In this document: positions 42,926 through 54,362 of the stretch, piece by piece
Numbering within the stretch: the first letter of the stretch is position 1
How the letters are laid out: each line of letters begins with the position of its first letter
NCBI GenBank assembly: GCA_009859145.1
Contig: VRVR01000059.1
Location: 114,443-171,731 of the forward strand
DNA length: 57,289 bases
Direction: 5' to 3'
Origin: Andalucia godoyi And28
Taxonomy: Eukaryota; Protista; Jakobida
Made by a program: the position numbers and the translations under genes
The notes under the pieces: generated by a model
Seen by the model: the letters and a program-made list of their open reading frames with translations, nothing else
What the model was told of the DNA's origin: nothing
Database searches by the model: none

Positions 42926-43728
42926 TTGCTTGCTTCTGGAATATATCCGAAGTATTCTTCTGATATTCCTCCGTCTCGGGGCAGGAGTCGTCGGAAGGGT
43001 GCTGTTGATCCCGACAATTTCACGGAAGAGCTCTTCCCGCCTGTGCATGCGTCAGCACAGACCATTCGATCGAAGATGAAACATCTTGGATATACTTGGG
43101 CAGATATCAACAGTTTTGCAGAGCGGAAATCGAAGGGCTCGGATTACGTTCAGGACTGTGTCAGTCGGTGGGTACAGCTGTATCCAAGGCTGTAGCAGAA
43201 TGAACTGCAGCTGTTCAAAAAGATTAGCAGGGGAAGAAATGCGTGACTCTTCTCACATTCTTCGACGAAAGTTTCATACACCGCTAGGACTGCCCAAAGC
43301 ATTGCTGGTTGCAAGCAGGTCGCTCAACTTTCGAATACAAGATGTCAATGGGTGGAAGAAGAAGGAAAATGGTGGAGAAGTGCATTGATTTGGGGGGCAT
43401 AGAGTTTCCTGATACCCTAGTACTTCTCCCAAGTGATGCGAGTGAAGGCAGGAGGAAAAAAAGAAAAGCATCTCAAAGCAAAGTCAAGAAAGGAATGAGC
43501 CGACTTGTTACGGGCTCTAAAAATGCACCTCTCGCAGAAATACGGGGAACAAGCAGTACGCGTCGTTTCGACATATTTTACAATAAGGGGTGGCATGTGT
43601 TCACCACGCCGCCGTACCATCCTGAATTCCAGCCAATCGAGTTGGTCTGGAATGTTGTAAAAGCGAGAGTGAAGTTTGAGGCGACAACTCACAACTACGC
43701 TACCGCGGCATCCTCTTCTGTGGGTTAA
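42926..43728 (+). mobile_element. Degenerate IS630/Tc1-mariner-like DDE transposase relic
   Basis: HTH-like TIRSKMKHLGYTW; first catalytic Asp in FFDESFIHR* (43264); GWHVFTTPPYHPEFQPIELVWNVVK carrying the catalytic Glu; stops, frameshifts, and the middle Asp region missing. Confidence 0.75.
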
Positions 43729-44057
43729 AAGCTGCTTCGTGGTAAACCTCCCTAAGTGATGTTTCCTTGGGTGGAATTCCTGTGTGTGAATCATGCCATT
43801 TTCTTTCTCCTCTTCCGGCATCCATCAGTCATTTTACGTCAACTTCTCTTGAAAGGGCACGACATGCGAGCCAATATCAAAAAAAGGTCCGGCACTGTAG
43901 TGAAGCAAAGCATGTATGACGTCATTTCCATTTTTACCCGCAACTTCAAATGATGATGATGGACCATTCTTTTTAAAATTAAAATGTCGCCACACATTTC
44001 CTCTGCACGTTTGGGTTTCCAAACGAGCTCTTTTCTGAGTTCATCTTGCTACACCAG

Positions 44058-44058
<1 letters not shown>

Positions 44059-44096
<38 letters not shown>
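44059..44096 (+). repeat. (CA)n microsatellite
   Basis: Perfect run upstream of ClpB. Confidence 0.97.
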
Positions 44097-44099
<3 letters not shown>

Positions 44100-44143
44100 G
44101 AAGAGAGAATCACATATATTTAAGAAAAAGAAACGGCAGAGGG

Positions 44144-46522
44144 ATGATCATGCTACGATCCGTGTGCAAGCGTGCATTTTTTTCAGTTCCAAAGCGGCCA
44201 ATTGCATCGCTTGCGCAGCCATGGCTCCATGCATGCGCTGGCCCGGTTCCCGATGTTCTGGCTGTGCGCTACGCCCCGGTTAAGGGGAGGCGATTCTACT
44301 CGCAGAGCCCCAGTGGTCCAAACATGAATGCGTGGGTGAGCCCAGACGCCCAGCCAGCCGGCGCAAACTTGAAAAAGTTTACGGTGGATTTGACACAAAA
44401 GGCAAAGGACGGGATTTTGGACCCGGTGATTGGCAGGGACGAGGAAATCAGGCGCATGATTCAGATTTTGAGCAGACGGACGAAGAACAATCCTGTGCTG
44501 ATCGGCAGTGCCGGAGTCGGAAAAACTGCACTGGCAGAGGGCCTTGCGACTCGGATTGTCGACGGACTGGTTCCGGACAGCATGAAGAACAAGATTGTCT
44601 TGTCGTTGGATGTGGGCTCGCTTGTCGCTGGAACGTCCATGAGGGGGGAATTTGAAGCGAGACTCAAAGGAATCCTGAAGGACATCGAAAAGGATAAGGA
44701 CCAGTACATACTGTTCATTGACGAGTTGCACTTGCTTGTGGGTGCCGGCCAGGCCGAGGGCGGTAACATGGACGCAGGAAACATGCTCAAGCCGGCTCTT
44801 GCACGTGGAGAAATTCGCTGTGTTGGGGCGACCACCTTGGATGAGTATCGAAAGTACATCGAGAAGGACGCCGCGCTTGCGAGACGATTTCAGTCAGTGT
44901 ATGTTGCGGAGCCAACTGTGGAGGATGCAATCTCCATTCTTCGCGGTATCAAAGAGCGGTACGAAGTCCACCACGGCGTGCGGATTGCCGACGGTGCTCT
45001 TGTGGCTGCTGCGCAGCTTTCGCATCGGTACATCACGGATCGATTTTTGCCAGACAAGGCGATCGACTTGATTGACGAGGCGGCGTCAAGACTGCGGTTG
45101 CAGCAGGAATCCAAGCCTGAACAAGTGGAGGCGCAAGAGAAGAAGATCATTCAGCTCAAAATTGAACGGGAGGCTCTTCGGCAAGAGTCCGATAAGGCTT
45201 CAAAGCAACGGCTGACGACTCTCGAATCAGATTTAGCAGCGCGAGAAAAAGAGTTCAACCAGCTCGTGGGTCAGTGGCAAGCAGAAAAGAGGAAGCTGGA
45301 AGAGGCAAAGTCGTTCAAGCAGAAAATCGAGGCAGCTCGTCGGGAACTGGACAACGCCCAACGAATGGGCAACTGGACGCGTGTTGCGGAGCTCAATTAT
45401 TCGGTGATTCCTCATTTTGAGCAGCAGCTTGCGGAGCTGGAGCAACAGCAGCAAGTAGCTGCCGCATCTTCTGCGGGTGGCCGTCTTGTGTCTTCCACTG
45501 TCACAGCGGAGGACATTGCAGCGGTGATTGCCCGACAGACTGGCATCCCCGTAGCGTCGATGGTGCAGACGGAGAGAGACAAGATTCTGCATCTTGAAGA
45601 TACGCTGCGAAGCCAAGTGGTCGGCCAAGAAGAGGCTATTCATGCTGTTGCCAATGCCATCCGCTTGTCTCGAGCGGGTCTGAAGTCCGCGAGCAGACCG
45701 ATCTCCAACTTTATGTTTGTGGGCCAGTCGGGAACAGGCAAGACGTTGACGGTGCGGGCGATTGCGCAAGCATTGTTTAATTCAGCGGATGCAATGACAG
45801 TCATCAACATGGCCGAGTTGGGCGACCCCCAGTTGAGCGTGTCCAAGCTTCTGGGAGCATCTGCAGGGTATGTGGGCTATGAGGAGGGCGGGCTGTTAAC
45901 CGAGCCTGTTCGACGGAGACCGTACCAAGTGGTCTTGTTTGACGAGTTTGAAAAGGCACACCGTAATGTTCAGCATGTCTTGCTTCGAATCATGGACGAA
46001 GGGTTCATCACCGATGGGCACGGCCGCAAAGTGGACTTCCGCAACACGCTGATCGTGCTGACCTCGAATCTTGGCTCCGAGGCGCTTGCAGCGATGCCAG
46101 AGAATACCCCACGGAAAGTGCAGAAGGATGCAGTCATGGAAGCAGTCCGCGAGCACTGTGCTCCTGAGTTCATCAACCGAATCGACGAAATCATCCTTTT
46201 CAATCGCCTGACGATGAAGGACATGCACGCCATTACTGAGTTGCGCATCAAGGAAGTCGCAGCCAACCTCTCCGACCGCGGAATCGGTTTGAAGGTGGAT
46301 AGTCTCGCAAAGGATTGGCTGTCTCGTCGCGGCTTCGACCCTGCGTATGGCGCACGGCCGCTTCGACGAGTTCTTCAGCAGAGTCTGCTGTCACCCCTTG
46401 CCGTCAAGATGTTGAATGGCGATGTACCAGAAGGGTCGACCGTGCAAGTAACCTGCAATCCGGTCACCGCAGACGTTGTTGATCTCGAGCAAGCACTCCA
46501 GTTTACCATTTCACCACCTTAA
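44144..46522 (+). CDS. HSP78: Mitochondrial ClpB/Hsp78 disaggregase (no N-domain)
   Basis: [49 protein letters not shown]-domain, second AAA with [25 protein letters not shown]; presequence-like N-terminus. Confidence 0.95.
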   Translation: MIMLRSVCKRAFFSVPKRPIASLAQPWLHACAGPVPDVLAVRYAPVKGRRFYSQSPSGPNMNAWVSPDAQPAGANLKKFTVDLTQKAKDGILDPVIGRDEEIRRMIQILSRRTKNNPVLIGSAGVGKTALAEGLATRIVDGLVPDSMKNKIVLSLDVGSLVAGTSMRGEFEARLKGILKDIEKDKDQYILFIDELHLLVGAGQAEGGNMDAGNMLKPALARGEIRCVGATTLDEYRKYIEKDAALARRFQSVYVAEPTVEDAISILRGIKERYEVHHGVRIADGALVAAAQLSHRYITDRFLPDKAIDLIDEAASRLRLQQESKPEQVEAQEKKIIQLKIEREALRQESDKASKQRLTTLESDLAAREKEFNQLVGQWQAEKRKLEEAKSFKQKIEAARRELDNAQRMGNWTRVAELNYSVIPHFEQQLAELEQQQQVAAASSAGGRLVSSTVTAEDIAAVIARQTGIPVASMVQTERDKILHLEDTLRSQVVGQEEAIHAVANAIRLSRAGLKSASRPISNFMFVGQSGTGKTLTVRAIAQALFNSADAMTVINMAELGDPQLSVSKLLGASAGYVGYEEGGLLTEPVRRRPYQVVLFDEFEKAHRNVQHVLLRIMDEGFITDGHGRKVDFRNTLIVLTSNLGSEALAAMPENTPRKVQKDAVMEAVREHCAPEFINRIDEIILFNRLTMKDMHAITELRIKEVAANLSDRGIGLKVDSLAKDWLSRRGFDPAYGARPLRRVLQQSLLSPLAVKMLNGDVPEGSTVQVTCNPVTADVVDLEQALQFTISPP

Positions 46523-46872
46523 AAACCCAGTTCTACCACCCGAGCCAGAGGAACCACAGCCGTCGCCGGAAAATCAATATACCACCATTGTCCATAAGTT
46601 TCCGAGCAGCTTGAACACACAAACCCCTTGATTTGCGTTGTCAGTTCATTGGCTTTCCTGCCAGTCGTAAAAAAAAAGACGAATAACAAACCAAAAAACC
46701 CCGATTTGTGTGCCGTTACTTTCTGGCCGGATTTCCCCCGACACTCGGTGTTCGGACTGTCCGTTCCTCGTTCTCTATTTTCTTTATAAGGGGGGCTTTC
46801 TTCATTTGAATGCATTAAGACCAACGAGAGCTAAAATTCAATAAAGAAGATTAGGTTTAGTGCGCGAGGAAG

Positions 46873-49457
46873 ATGGCTTCCAAGTCTGTTGTTCTTGAGG
46901 AAGATGTGGACGAGGCATACGAGCCGACACAGGACGAAATTCACGAGTATGCGAAATGGCTTGGTCTGGACCCCGTGGTGGACAAGGATCTACTGTGGAT
47001 CGCCAAAGAAGGTCTCAAGGCACCGCTGCCTGAAAATTGGAAAGCATGCAAAACCGAGCCGGAAGGAGAGATCTACTATTTCAACTTTGGAACTGGCGAG
47101 TCCATTTGGGACCACCCGCTGGATGAGTACTACCGAGATCTCGTCAAGGAGGAAAAGAAAAAGGCTGCGCTAGCGTCCAAGGTGTCGTCTGCAGGCGGTT
47201 TGCGCAAACCTGCTCCTCTCCCTCCGAAGCCGACGCTTCCGTCCATTGATGATATTTCCGAGCCAGAATCCGATGATGCTGTCCTCAAGAAGGACATTGT
47301 GCGGTCTTCTTCGAAAGTCAAAGAACTCCAATCTCTAAAGGACAAGGACAAGGACAAGGACAAGGACAAGGACAAGGATCGCGACAGAGAGAAAAGGAAA
47401 AGGAAAGAGAAAAGGAAAAGGAAAGAGAAAAGGAAAAAGAGGCTAGTCGATTGAGAGAGTTGTTAAAGACACGAGACGAGGAGCTGCGAGACCGTGATAA
47501 GCAAATAGCCCTGCTTCGGTCGAGCGCTTCTGATGGGGAAGAGCTGTCTAAACTTCGTGCCGAACTTAAATCCAAGGGCGCCGTGCAGTCGCAGGTCGAA
47601 GCGGAAGTTACTCGATTGAAGGAGACCGTGAAGAAGCAAGACGAGTCACTGAGGGACCGTGATCAGCAGCTCACTCTTCTACGATCGCGGGCCACCGACG
47701 AGGAAGAGGTATCGAGGCTTCGGTCTGATCTGAAATCGAAGACCAATACGGTTGCGCTATACGAGTCCGAGATATCTCGGCTCAAAGAATCTCTGACAAA
47801 GCACGAGGAAATGCTGCGAGAGCGGGACCAGCAGCTCAGCCTCCTTCGTTCTCGTGGCTCCAATGAAGAAGAACTTTCCAGAGTTCGATTGGACATTGAG
47901 GCAAAGAACACAAAATTGTCCCAGCACGAGGCCGAGATCAGTCGATTGAAAGGCCTGCTCAAGCGCCAAGAAGAGACATCCGAGGACTTGGAGCAGCAAC
48001 TGACGATTTTGCGCTCTCGTACCGCCAGTGATGACGAACTGACAAGAGCGCGGTCCGAGCTCAAATCCAAGTCCTCTTTAGCTGCACAGCTTGAGACAGA
48101 GTGTGCGCGTCTGAGAGAATCGCTGCGAAAGGAGATCACAACAGTGCAAGATCTGGAGCAGCAGCTTGCATTGCTTCGTGCCCGTTCTGTTGACGAAGAA
48201 GAGTTGACGAAGCTGCGCTCGGAAATTCGATCTAAAAATGCAGCTTTATTGCAACTGGAGAGCGACAGCTTGCGCACGAAAGAGCTGCTGAAGAGCGAGA
48301 ACTCGTCGTTGAAAGACGCAGTCCAGAGGAAGGACGACGAACTGCGAGCTGCAGTCGATCAGATTGCGTCCACACGTGCGAACCTCAGCGAGATGGAGCG
48401 CCAAGCTCGAGCGTCATCCGATCTCAATTCCAAGAATGTGACATTGCAGTCAGAGAATGCGCGGTTGAAGGATCTGTTGGAAAAGAAGGACAGAGTCCAG
48501 TCGCCGGCGACGCAGGAGTCGCAAGTCCGTCCTTCTCGCACCGAACCCCAACGGAGCAACTTCTTCCCCAGTGCCGAAGAAGACGCTAGTTTGTATGACA
48601 CCGTGGATCTTCGACTCGATGAGACCCACGATCGCATCAAGTCTGCCCCGGATTCAGTCTTCCGATTGGGAGAATGCGAGCGCATTGACCAAGCCAAGAA
48701 GTTCTTGCAGTCCTACAAATCCGATTTGAAGAAGAGGCAAGTGGTTTTGAAGTCCCAACAGGCAGCGTTTGCATCCCAGTTTGAGCAGTCCTCTGGTGGA
48801 GACCGCGACGTCATCGATCATCTTCGAAAGTTACTGGAAGTCCAAACGAAGCGATTCAATGACGACGTCAAGCAATTCGAGTCATGTCTTCGCTGGATCC
48901 GTCTTCGCGAAGAACGACTTCGACTGATGGAGTCCTCTCATAATCACTTCGCACCTTCTCCTTCTCCCGCCTCTCCGCTTGTTCCTGAGAACGATTCGCC
49001 GGGGGGTGAATCGGAGCGAAGACTCCTTAGTATCGAGAAGGAGTTGCGCTCCCTTGGCGACAAAATGCAGATATTCTTGAGTGCTGCGCTTTCCCGCGAT
49101 GGAGCGCATCCAGCTGCACTGCAGCTTCCGTTTGTCACGTCTGCGTCTCCTCCGCAGAAACCCCTGTCTGCCGCACGCCGAAAGCGAAGCAGTCGATCGT
49201 ACAAGCCGCACTCTGAAGATCTGGATGAAACTGCCGTCGAGGCCATGGCTCCTGAATGGCAAGCGTATGTGAAGAAAATGACGAATCCTACGTATGGACC
49301 AGTCTCTCGTCGGACACTGCATTCCCTGCGAGACTTCCAGACACAACTCTTGTTGTGGGCAAACGAGAATACAGTTTCGGATCAAGTCCTTCAAGAACAT
49401 TCAAAATGGCTTCGATCTCTGCGCCGCCAGGTCTCCACGATGAAGAAGTACACATAG
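46873..49457 (+). CDS. CEP164: CEP164-like centriolar protein (WW domain plus coiled coil); about 860 aa if a 2-nt indel near 47389-90 is corrected
   Basis: VLEED.DE.YEPTQDEIHEYAKWLGLDP..DKDLLWIAKEGLKAPLPENWKAC...IYYFNFGTGESIWDHPLDEYYR is the CEP164 N-terminal WW module; it continues in another frame as coiled coil. Confidence 0.8.
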
Positions 49458-49698
49458 CATCGTCAGGTAAAATGTAATGAACTAGGCAGCCTGTTTTGTG
49501 TGTTTAATTAACCAATAAATAAGACAAATTCATTCATTCATGTTTCCACACGGAATTCACCAGGTACACCTTCTTTCACCCCCCGCTCCTTTTTTTCCCA
49601 TCGTCGCAAGACGCCAGAATTCCGGTTTTCCAGTTTTAGTACGAACCCCGTACCAGAGCTGCTTGCAACGCGGGCCTGGATGCTATGATGCCGCGAAA

Positions 49699-50955
49699 TC
49701 ATGCTCTCTGCCCATCAAATCTCGGCTTCGGTCCGAAGAACTCGTAGTGCAAACGATCTTCCTTGACGCCCTGCTGACGAAGTCCGCGAACCATGTCCAC
49801 TAAGAATGCTCTGGGTCCACACAGGTAGAAATCTGCGTCCGTGTTTCCTCCACTGAGAAGAATCGCAGACTCTGCGCTCAACAACCCTTCGACGTGGTAC
49901 CTGCCTTTATCCTCCGGTCGCGGATTCTGGTACGCGTAGTGGACTTTTGTTGATCCGTGACGCGCTGCGACTTGCTCTACTTCTTCACGCAAATGCTGCG
50001 GCATATGTGATCCATCTCGCACGGCATGGAGCCATGACAGGTTCTGGGCAAAAGACGATGTGCCGGCATCGTGAAGCATGGACAACAGTGGGGTTAGCCC
50101 AACACCCCCTGCAATAAATACTGCCGGCCGATCTTTCAGCTTATCCTTGTGCAAGAAGAACTCTCCGCAAGGAGCAGAGAAGTCCATGACGTCTCCTTCT
50201 CTTACATGCTGATGGAGATAGTTGGAAATAATCCCGTCTGGAGCTTCCACGTGATTCCGGGGCTCCTTCTTCACGGAGATGCGCAAAGCAGCAGAGCCTG
50301 GAGCCGACGACAGCGAGTAGTTACGCGGGGCAATCGGAGACGGAAATCCAGGGATTTCCTTGGGGTGAACTGCAGTGTACTGTCCCGCCTTATGGCGCGG
50401 TACCTGCCCTGCGTCTTCTGGAGTCCAGTAGAATGAAGTGATGCTGGCAGATTCCGGTACTTTCTTCTGCAACACAAACGACCGCTTTCCGTTCCAGCCA
50501 CCGGGCATGCTGCGCATTTCCTTGCAAATTTCCTTTTCGCGGTTGATGCAGATGCCAGCCAGTTGATCGTATGCTTCCTTCCAGGCCCCGGCAACTTCGG
50601 GGGTCAGGGCTGATCCAAGTACTTTTGAAATGGCGCCCATGAGGTTAGCTCCGACTATATCATAATGCGACGGCTGGATATCAAAGCTGCAGTGCTTCTG
50701 CGCAATCACTTCAACTGCCGACGCAAGAGGAGCGAGGTTCTCGATGTTGCTTGCGTATGCAATGACGGCGTCCGCGAGCGCCCGTGGCTGCGCCAGAGTC
50801 ACTTGGTGGGCTGGATTGAAAAACGCCTTCACTTCTGGATTGTTCTCAAACATCGATCTGTAGAAGGTCCGCGTAATGTCATCCGCGTGCTTGGCAACGA
50901 CCCCGGCAGTGGCCTTTACGATCTTGATTGCCTCTGGATTCATGGACCGAGTCAT
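49699..50955 (-). CDS. hmp: Flavohemoglobin (nitric oxide dioxygenase)
   Basis: Globin FY..MF..NPEV..FFNPAHQ..QPRALA..IAQKH..HYDIVG; FAD-binding RNYSLS; GGVGLTPLLSM, CGP, YEFFGP. Start at ATG 50955 or 50943. Confidence 0.95.
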   Translation of the reverse strand: MTRSMNPEAIKIVKATAGVVAKHADDITRTFYRSMFENNPEVKAFFNPAHQVTLAQPRALADAVIAYASNIENLAPLASAVEVIAQKHCSFDIQPSHYDIVGANLMGAISKVLGSALTPEVAGAWKEAYDQLAGICINREKEICKEMRSMPGGWNGKRSFVLQKKVPESASITSFYWTPEDAGQVPRHKAGQYTAVHPKEIPGFPSPIAPRNYSLSSAPGSAALRISVKKEPRNHVEAPDGIISNYLHQHVREGDVMDFSAPCGEFFLHKDKLKDRPAVFIAGGVGLTPLLSMLHDAGTSSFAQNLSWLHAVRDGSHMPQHLREEVEQVAARHGSTKVHYAYQNPRPEDKGRYHVEGLLSAESAILLSGGNTDADFYLCGPRAFLVDMVRGLRQQGVKEDRLHYEFFGPKPRFDGQRA

Positions 50956-51895
50956 TCTTTTTTTTGTCGACACTCTGTTGACTTTTCCTCTCTTTTCCGC
51001 AGATGCTTATTACGATTATTAACCTTTTCTTTTCCCCGTCTTCTTTTTTTTTTTCCCGTTGGTTGGGATGTCGGGGGGAGAATAATGGGAAAAAACTGAT
51101 CGTCCGAAAATGTGTCGAGGAGAGTTTATGTGCGAGTCATTCAGGTCCCTGCAGTTCGTCCTCTGCAGTACAACTCTATTTTTATCTTTTTCGCACTTCT
51201 TTTTAAGAACACACAAGTTCCACGGAAGCAGCGCGGTGTTTTGCAAAGGTCTGCATATACCGACACGCGGAAGCCAGACATGTGCAAAACAGAAACGTGA
51301 AAACAAAATCAGGATGCTTTTGCTCCAATCTCAACTTTGGTCTGCTCTGATGCTCAATTCCGAGTTATCCGCATGTGGCTCTTTCCGAACAGCGTTCCTT
51401 CGTTCGTGATGATTCTGCAACCACCCGCCCTTGCTGCTCAAATGTCCAAAAAAAGGAAATGATATCTTCCGCCACTTGGGTGCGCTCGGAACCGATGTCA
51501 GGAAATGGAAGCCTGCATGTCAGATCTTCCGTCGGCAACGTCGGACCAGAATCTGTACAAAATTCCCGACAAAGTTAAAAAAGTTGTATAAAAAGAGACG
51601 ACGATGAAGGAAAGGAATCGGAAAAGACAAAAGGCGACGACCAAATGGAACAGGTCGAACCCCTCTTCGTAAGCAGCCAAAAAGAGAAAAATCAACCAAG
51701 CAAGAGAAAACAAAAACCAAAACACACTACATCATCTCTCGCCGGCCTCCCGAGTCTTGCTTTTTCGCTCATAGAGTGCAAACCCTCTTCTTCTTTGTCA
51801 TCTTTTATTTATTTTGTGTGCGTGTTTTTTTTGTTTTTTTTTGTCTCATCGGCTGCCTCTTTTTTGTGATTTGACCCCGTACCGCACTGTGCGAT

Positions 51896-54160
51896 ATGGC
51901 TTCCTTTTCAATAACGTGGGCGACGATAGGCTTGCCCTCTTTGATCGTTGCGGGATTTGGAGCGTGTGTGGCCTCGCTCCTTGCCTATTTTGTCCTCCAA
52001 GAAGATCAGGGAACCCCGGAGATGATCCGCATTTCCAAAGCGATTCGCCAGGGTGCAAAAGCCTTTTTGAGGTACGAGTATTCGGCACTTGCAATGATGG
52101 TTTGTGCGCTGTTTATCCTTGTGACCGCTGCCGTGAACTGGCGAACGGGGATATGCTATCTTGTGGGAGTTAGTTCTTCTGCAACGTGCGGATACATTGG
52201 AATGATGATTGCAGTGCAGGGCAACGTACGCACTGCGAAAGCGGCAGAATCAAGTCTGAATGCTGCACTGCGGGTTGCGTTCAACTCGGGCTCTGTGATG
52301 GGTCTTTGCGTAGTGTCGGTCGCGCTGGCTGCTCTTTCGGTTCTGCTGATGATTTTTGAAGAGAATGCAATCGCGAATGACATCAATGCACTGACGGGCT
52401 TCGGGATGGGTGCGTCGACGCTGTCCATTTTTGCACGAGTCGGCGGAGGGATCTTCACAAAAGCTGCAGATGTCGGCGCTGATTTGGTCGCCAAGGTGGA
52501 GAAGAACATACCCGAAGACGACGTTCGGAACCCTGCTACCATTGCAGACAATGTTGGCGACAATGTAGGAGATACTGCAGGGATGGGTGCCGACTTGTTC
52601 AGCTCCTTTGCAGGCTCCATTATTGCCTCCTCGCTGCTGGGCTATCAGCAGATCGGGAAAGAAGGCGTCGCTGTCCCATTTTGGATTTCCGGTGCAGGAA
52701 TCATCTCGGCAATTATGGGAATGCTGCTTGTGCGTACCAAGGAAGGCGCGACCCAGCACGATCTTCTTCTTGTCCTGCGACGTGCGCAGATGTTCGCCGG
52801 AATCATTCAGGTTGGTCTGATTGCAGTCGTGGTTGCCGTGTTGGATGTGTCATGGAAATTGTTCGGTTGCATTGTGATTGGTCTCTTTGCAGGCATCATG
52901 GTCGCTGTGTTTTCGGAAATGATGACCTCCGGGTCGTATTACCCAACCCAGTCGATTGTGGGTGCAGGCTTGGCAGGCCCTGCTGGCGTGGTCATTCAAG
53001 GTCTGGCAGTAGGCTACATGGCGTGTGTCATTCCTACGCTGATTGTCGCATCAGTTGTTCTGGCCGCTCTCGAGCTTGCAGGAATGTACGGGATTGCGCT
53101 TGCCTCTACCGGCGTTCTTTCTACTCTGGGAATCACTCTTGCCACCGATGCTTACGGGCCCGTTTCGGACAACGCTGGCGGGATTGCAGAAATGGCGCAC
53201 ATGGCTCCGCACGTCCGTGAGAACACGGATGTGCTTGATGCACTTGGCAACACAACGGCGGCTGTTGGAAAGGGATTCGCAGTTGTGTCTGCGATCCTTA
53301 CTGGAATCTCGTTGGTTTCCTCTTTTGTGGACAAAGTTGGAATCACCTCGCCGAATCTTGTGACGGACAAGTACGGTCTCGCAGGAATTCTCATTGGTGC
53401 AATGCTTCCGATGTGGTTCTCTGCCATGACAATGACCGCCGTCGCGAAGTCTGCGCAAGGTGTGGTTGTGGAGGTGCGTCGACAGTTTGCAGAAATCCCA
53501 GGACTCTGGGAGGGAACGGCAGAAGCCGATTATGCGTCATGCGTGCGTTCCATCATGATCGCTGCGCTGCATGCCATGTTGTTTCCAGTTCTTCTCGTCA
53601 TTCTCGCACCTCTCATCATTGGCATCGGCCTCGGTCCGCAGTGCCTTCTTGGTATGTTGATCGGCATCATCGTGTCCGGTCTTCAACTCGGCTGCTCGCA
53701 GAATACATCTGGAGGCGCGCTGGACAATGCAAAAAAGTACGTTGAGAACGAACTTGGCATGAAAGGCTCGGATTTACACAAGGCGTGTGTCGTGGGCGAC
53801 ACGCTTGGCGACCCCTTCAAGGATACCTCCGGCCCCGCAATCAACATCCTCGTCAAGTTGTCTGCTTATATTTCTGTCACCTTGGTGCCAGTGTTCAAAA
53901 ACCAACGGGATTACTGGTGGGTGTCTCTCATCCTGATTGGGATTCTCATCGTTTTCGTTCCAGTTTGGATGTCGTACGCCCCGAAATGGGGAGATCTTGG
54001 CATCGATGCAGTCCACAAGATGGCTGCGGAGAGAAAAGCCGATATCACCTCGCAGTCCAATGAGTCCGGCCCGGTGGATTCCCGTAGTACTACCGAAGCC
54101 GACGCGGAAAACGTCGTGTTTACTGAAGTTCCAAATGACCCGATCACCCCCGAAGTCTAA
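51896..54160 (+). CDS. Membrane-integral cation-pumping pyrophosphatase, K+-dependent signature
   Basis: RVGGGIFTKAADVGADLVAKVE, EDDVRNPATIADNVGDNVGD, DAYGPVSDNAGGIAEM, GNTTAAVGKG (Ala/Gly = K+-dependent type), GDTLGDPFKDTSGP. Confidence 0.95.
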   Translation: MASFSITWATIGLPSLIVAGFGACVASLLAYFVLQEDQGTPEMIRISKAIRQGAKAFLRYEYSALAMMVCALFILVTAAVNWRTGICYLVGVSSSATCGYIGMMIAVQGNVRTAKAAESSLNAALRVAFNSGSVMGLCVVSVALAALSVLLMIFEENAIANDINALTGFGMGASTLSIFARVGGGIFTKAADVGADLVAKVEKNIPEDDVRNPATIADNVGDNVGDTAGMGADLFSSFAGSIIASSLLGYQQIGKEGVAVPFWISGAGIISAIMGMLLVRTKEGATQHDLLLVLRRAQMFAGIIQVGLIAVVVAVLDVSWKLFGCIVIGLFAGIMVAVFSEMMTSGSYYPTQSIVGAGLAGPAGVVIQGLAVGYMACVIPTLIVASVVLAALELAGMYGIALASTGVLSTLGITLATDAYGPVSDNAGGIAEMAHMAPHVRENTDVLDALGNTTAAVGKGFAVVSAILTGISLVSSFVDKVGITSPNLVTDKYGLAGILIGAMLPMWFSAMTMTAVAKSAQGVVVEVRRQFAEIPGLWEGTAEADYASCVRSIMIAALHAMLFPVLLVILAPLIIGIGLGPQCLLGMLIGIIVSGLQLGCSQNTSGGALDNAKKYVENELGMKGSDLHKACVVGDTLGDPFKDTSGPAINILVKLSAYISVTLVPVFKNQRDYWWVSLILIGILIVFVPVWMSYAPKWGDLGIDAVHKMAAERKADITSQSNESGPVDSRSTTEADAENVVFTEVPNDPITPEV

Positions 54161-54346
54161 TTCGCATTTCGTTCTGCACTGTTGTTGCGTTTAAATTAAA
54201 AAAATAGGTCTGTCTTGGAAGGGGAGTCCTGCTTGTCAATAAAGAAGGTCAGTCGTACTATTGACCTCTCTTGCAGCGTAGTGGTCATCCTGAAGCCTCG
54301 CACCACTTCGCGTTATCCTCCGACATTCTGTCGTGCTTATTGCTGA

Positions 54347-54362
54347 TTTCCCGCGCGCCAAA
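54347..54362. promoter_or_regulatory. Back-to-back E2F-like sites TTTCCCGC-GCGCCAAA
   Basis: Two abutting consensus E2F sites in opposite orientation; no clear gene downstream. Confidence 0.35.

Noticed and set aside
51380-51520. Minus-strand PDIGSERTQVAEDIISFF resembling IS607 TnpA DIGSG and EDLxS motifs
   Set aside because: Too short and wrongly spaced, with no element ends nearby; more likely promoter DNA between hmp and the PPase.
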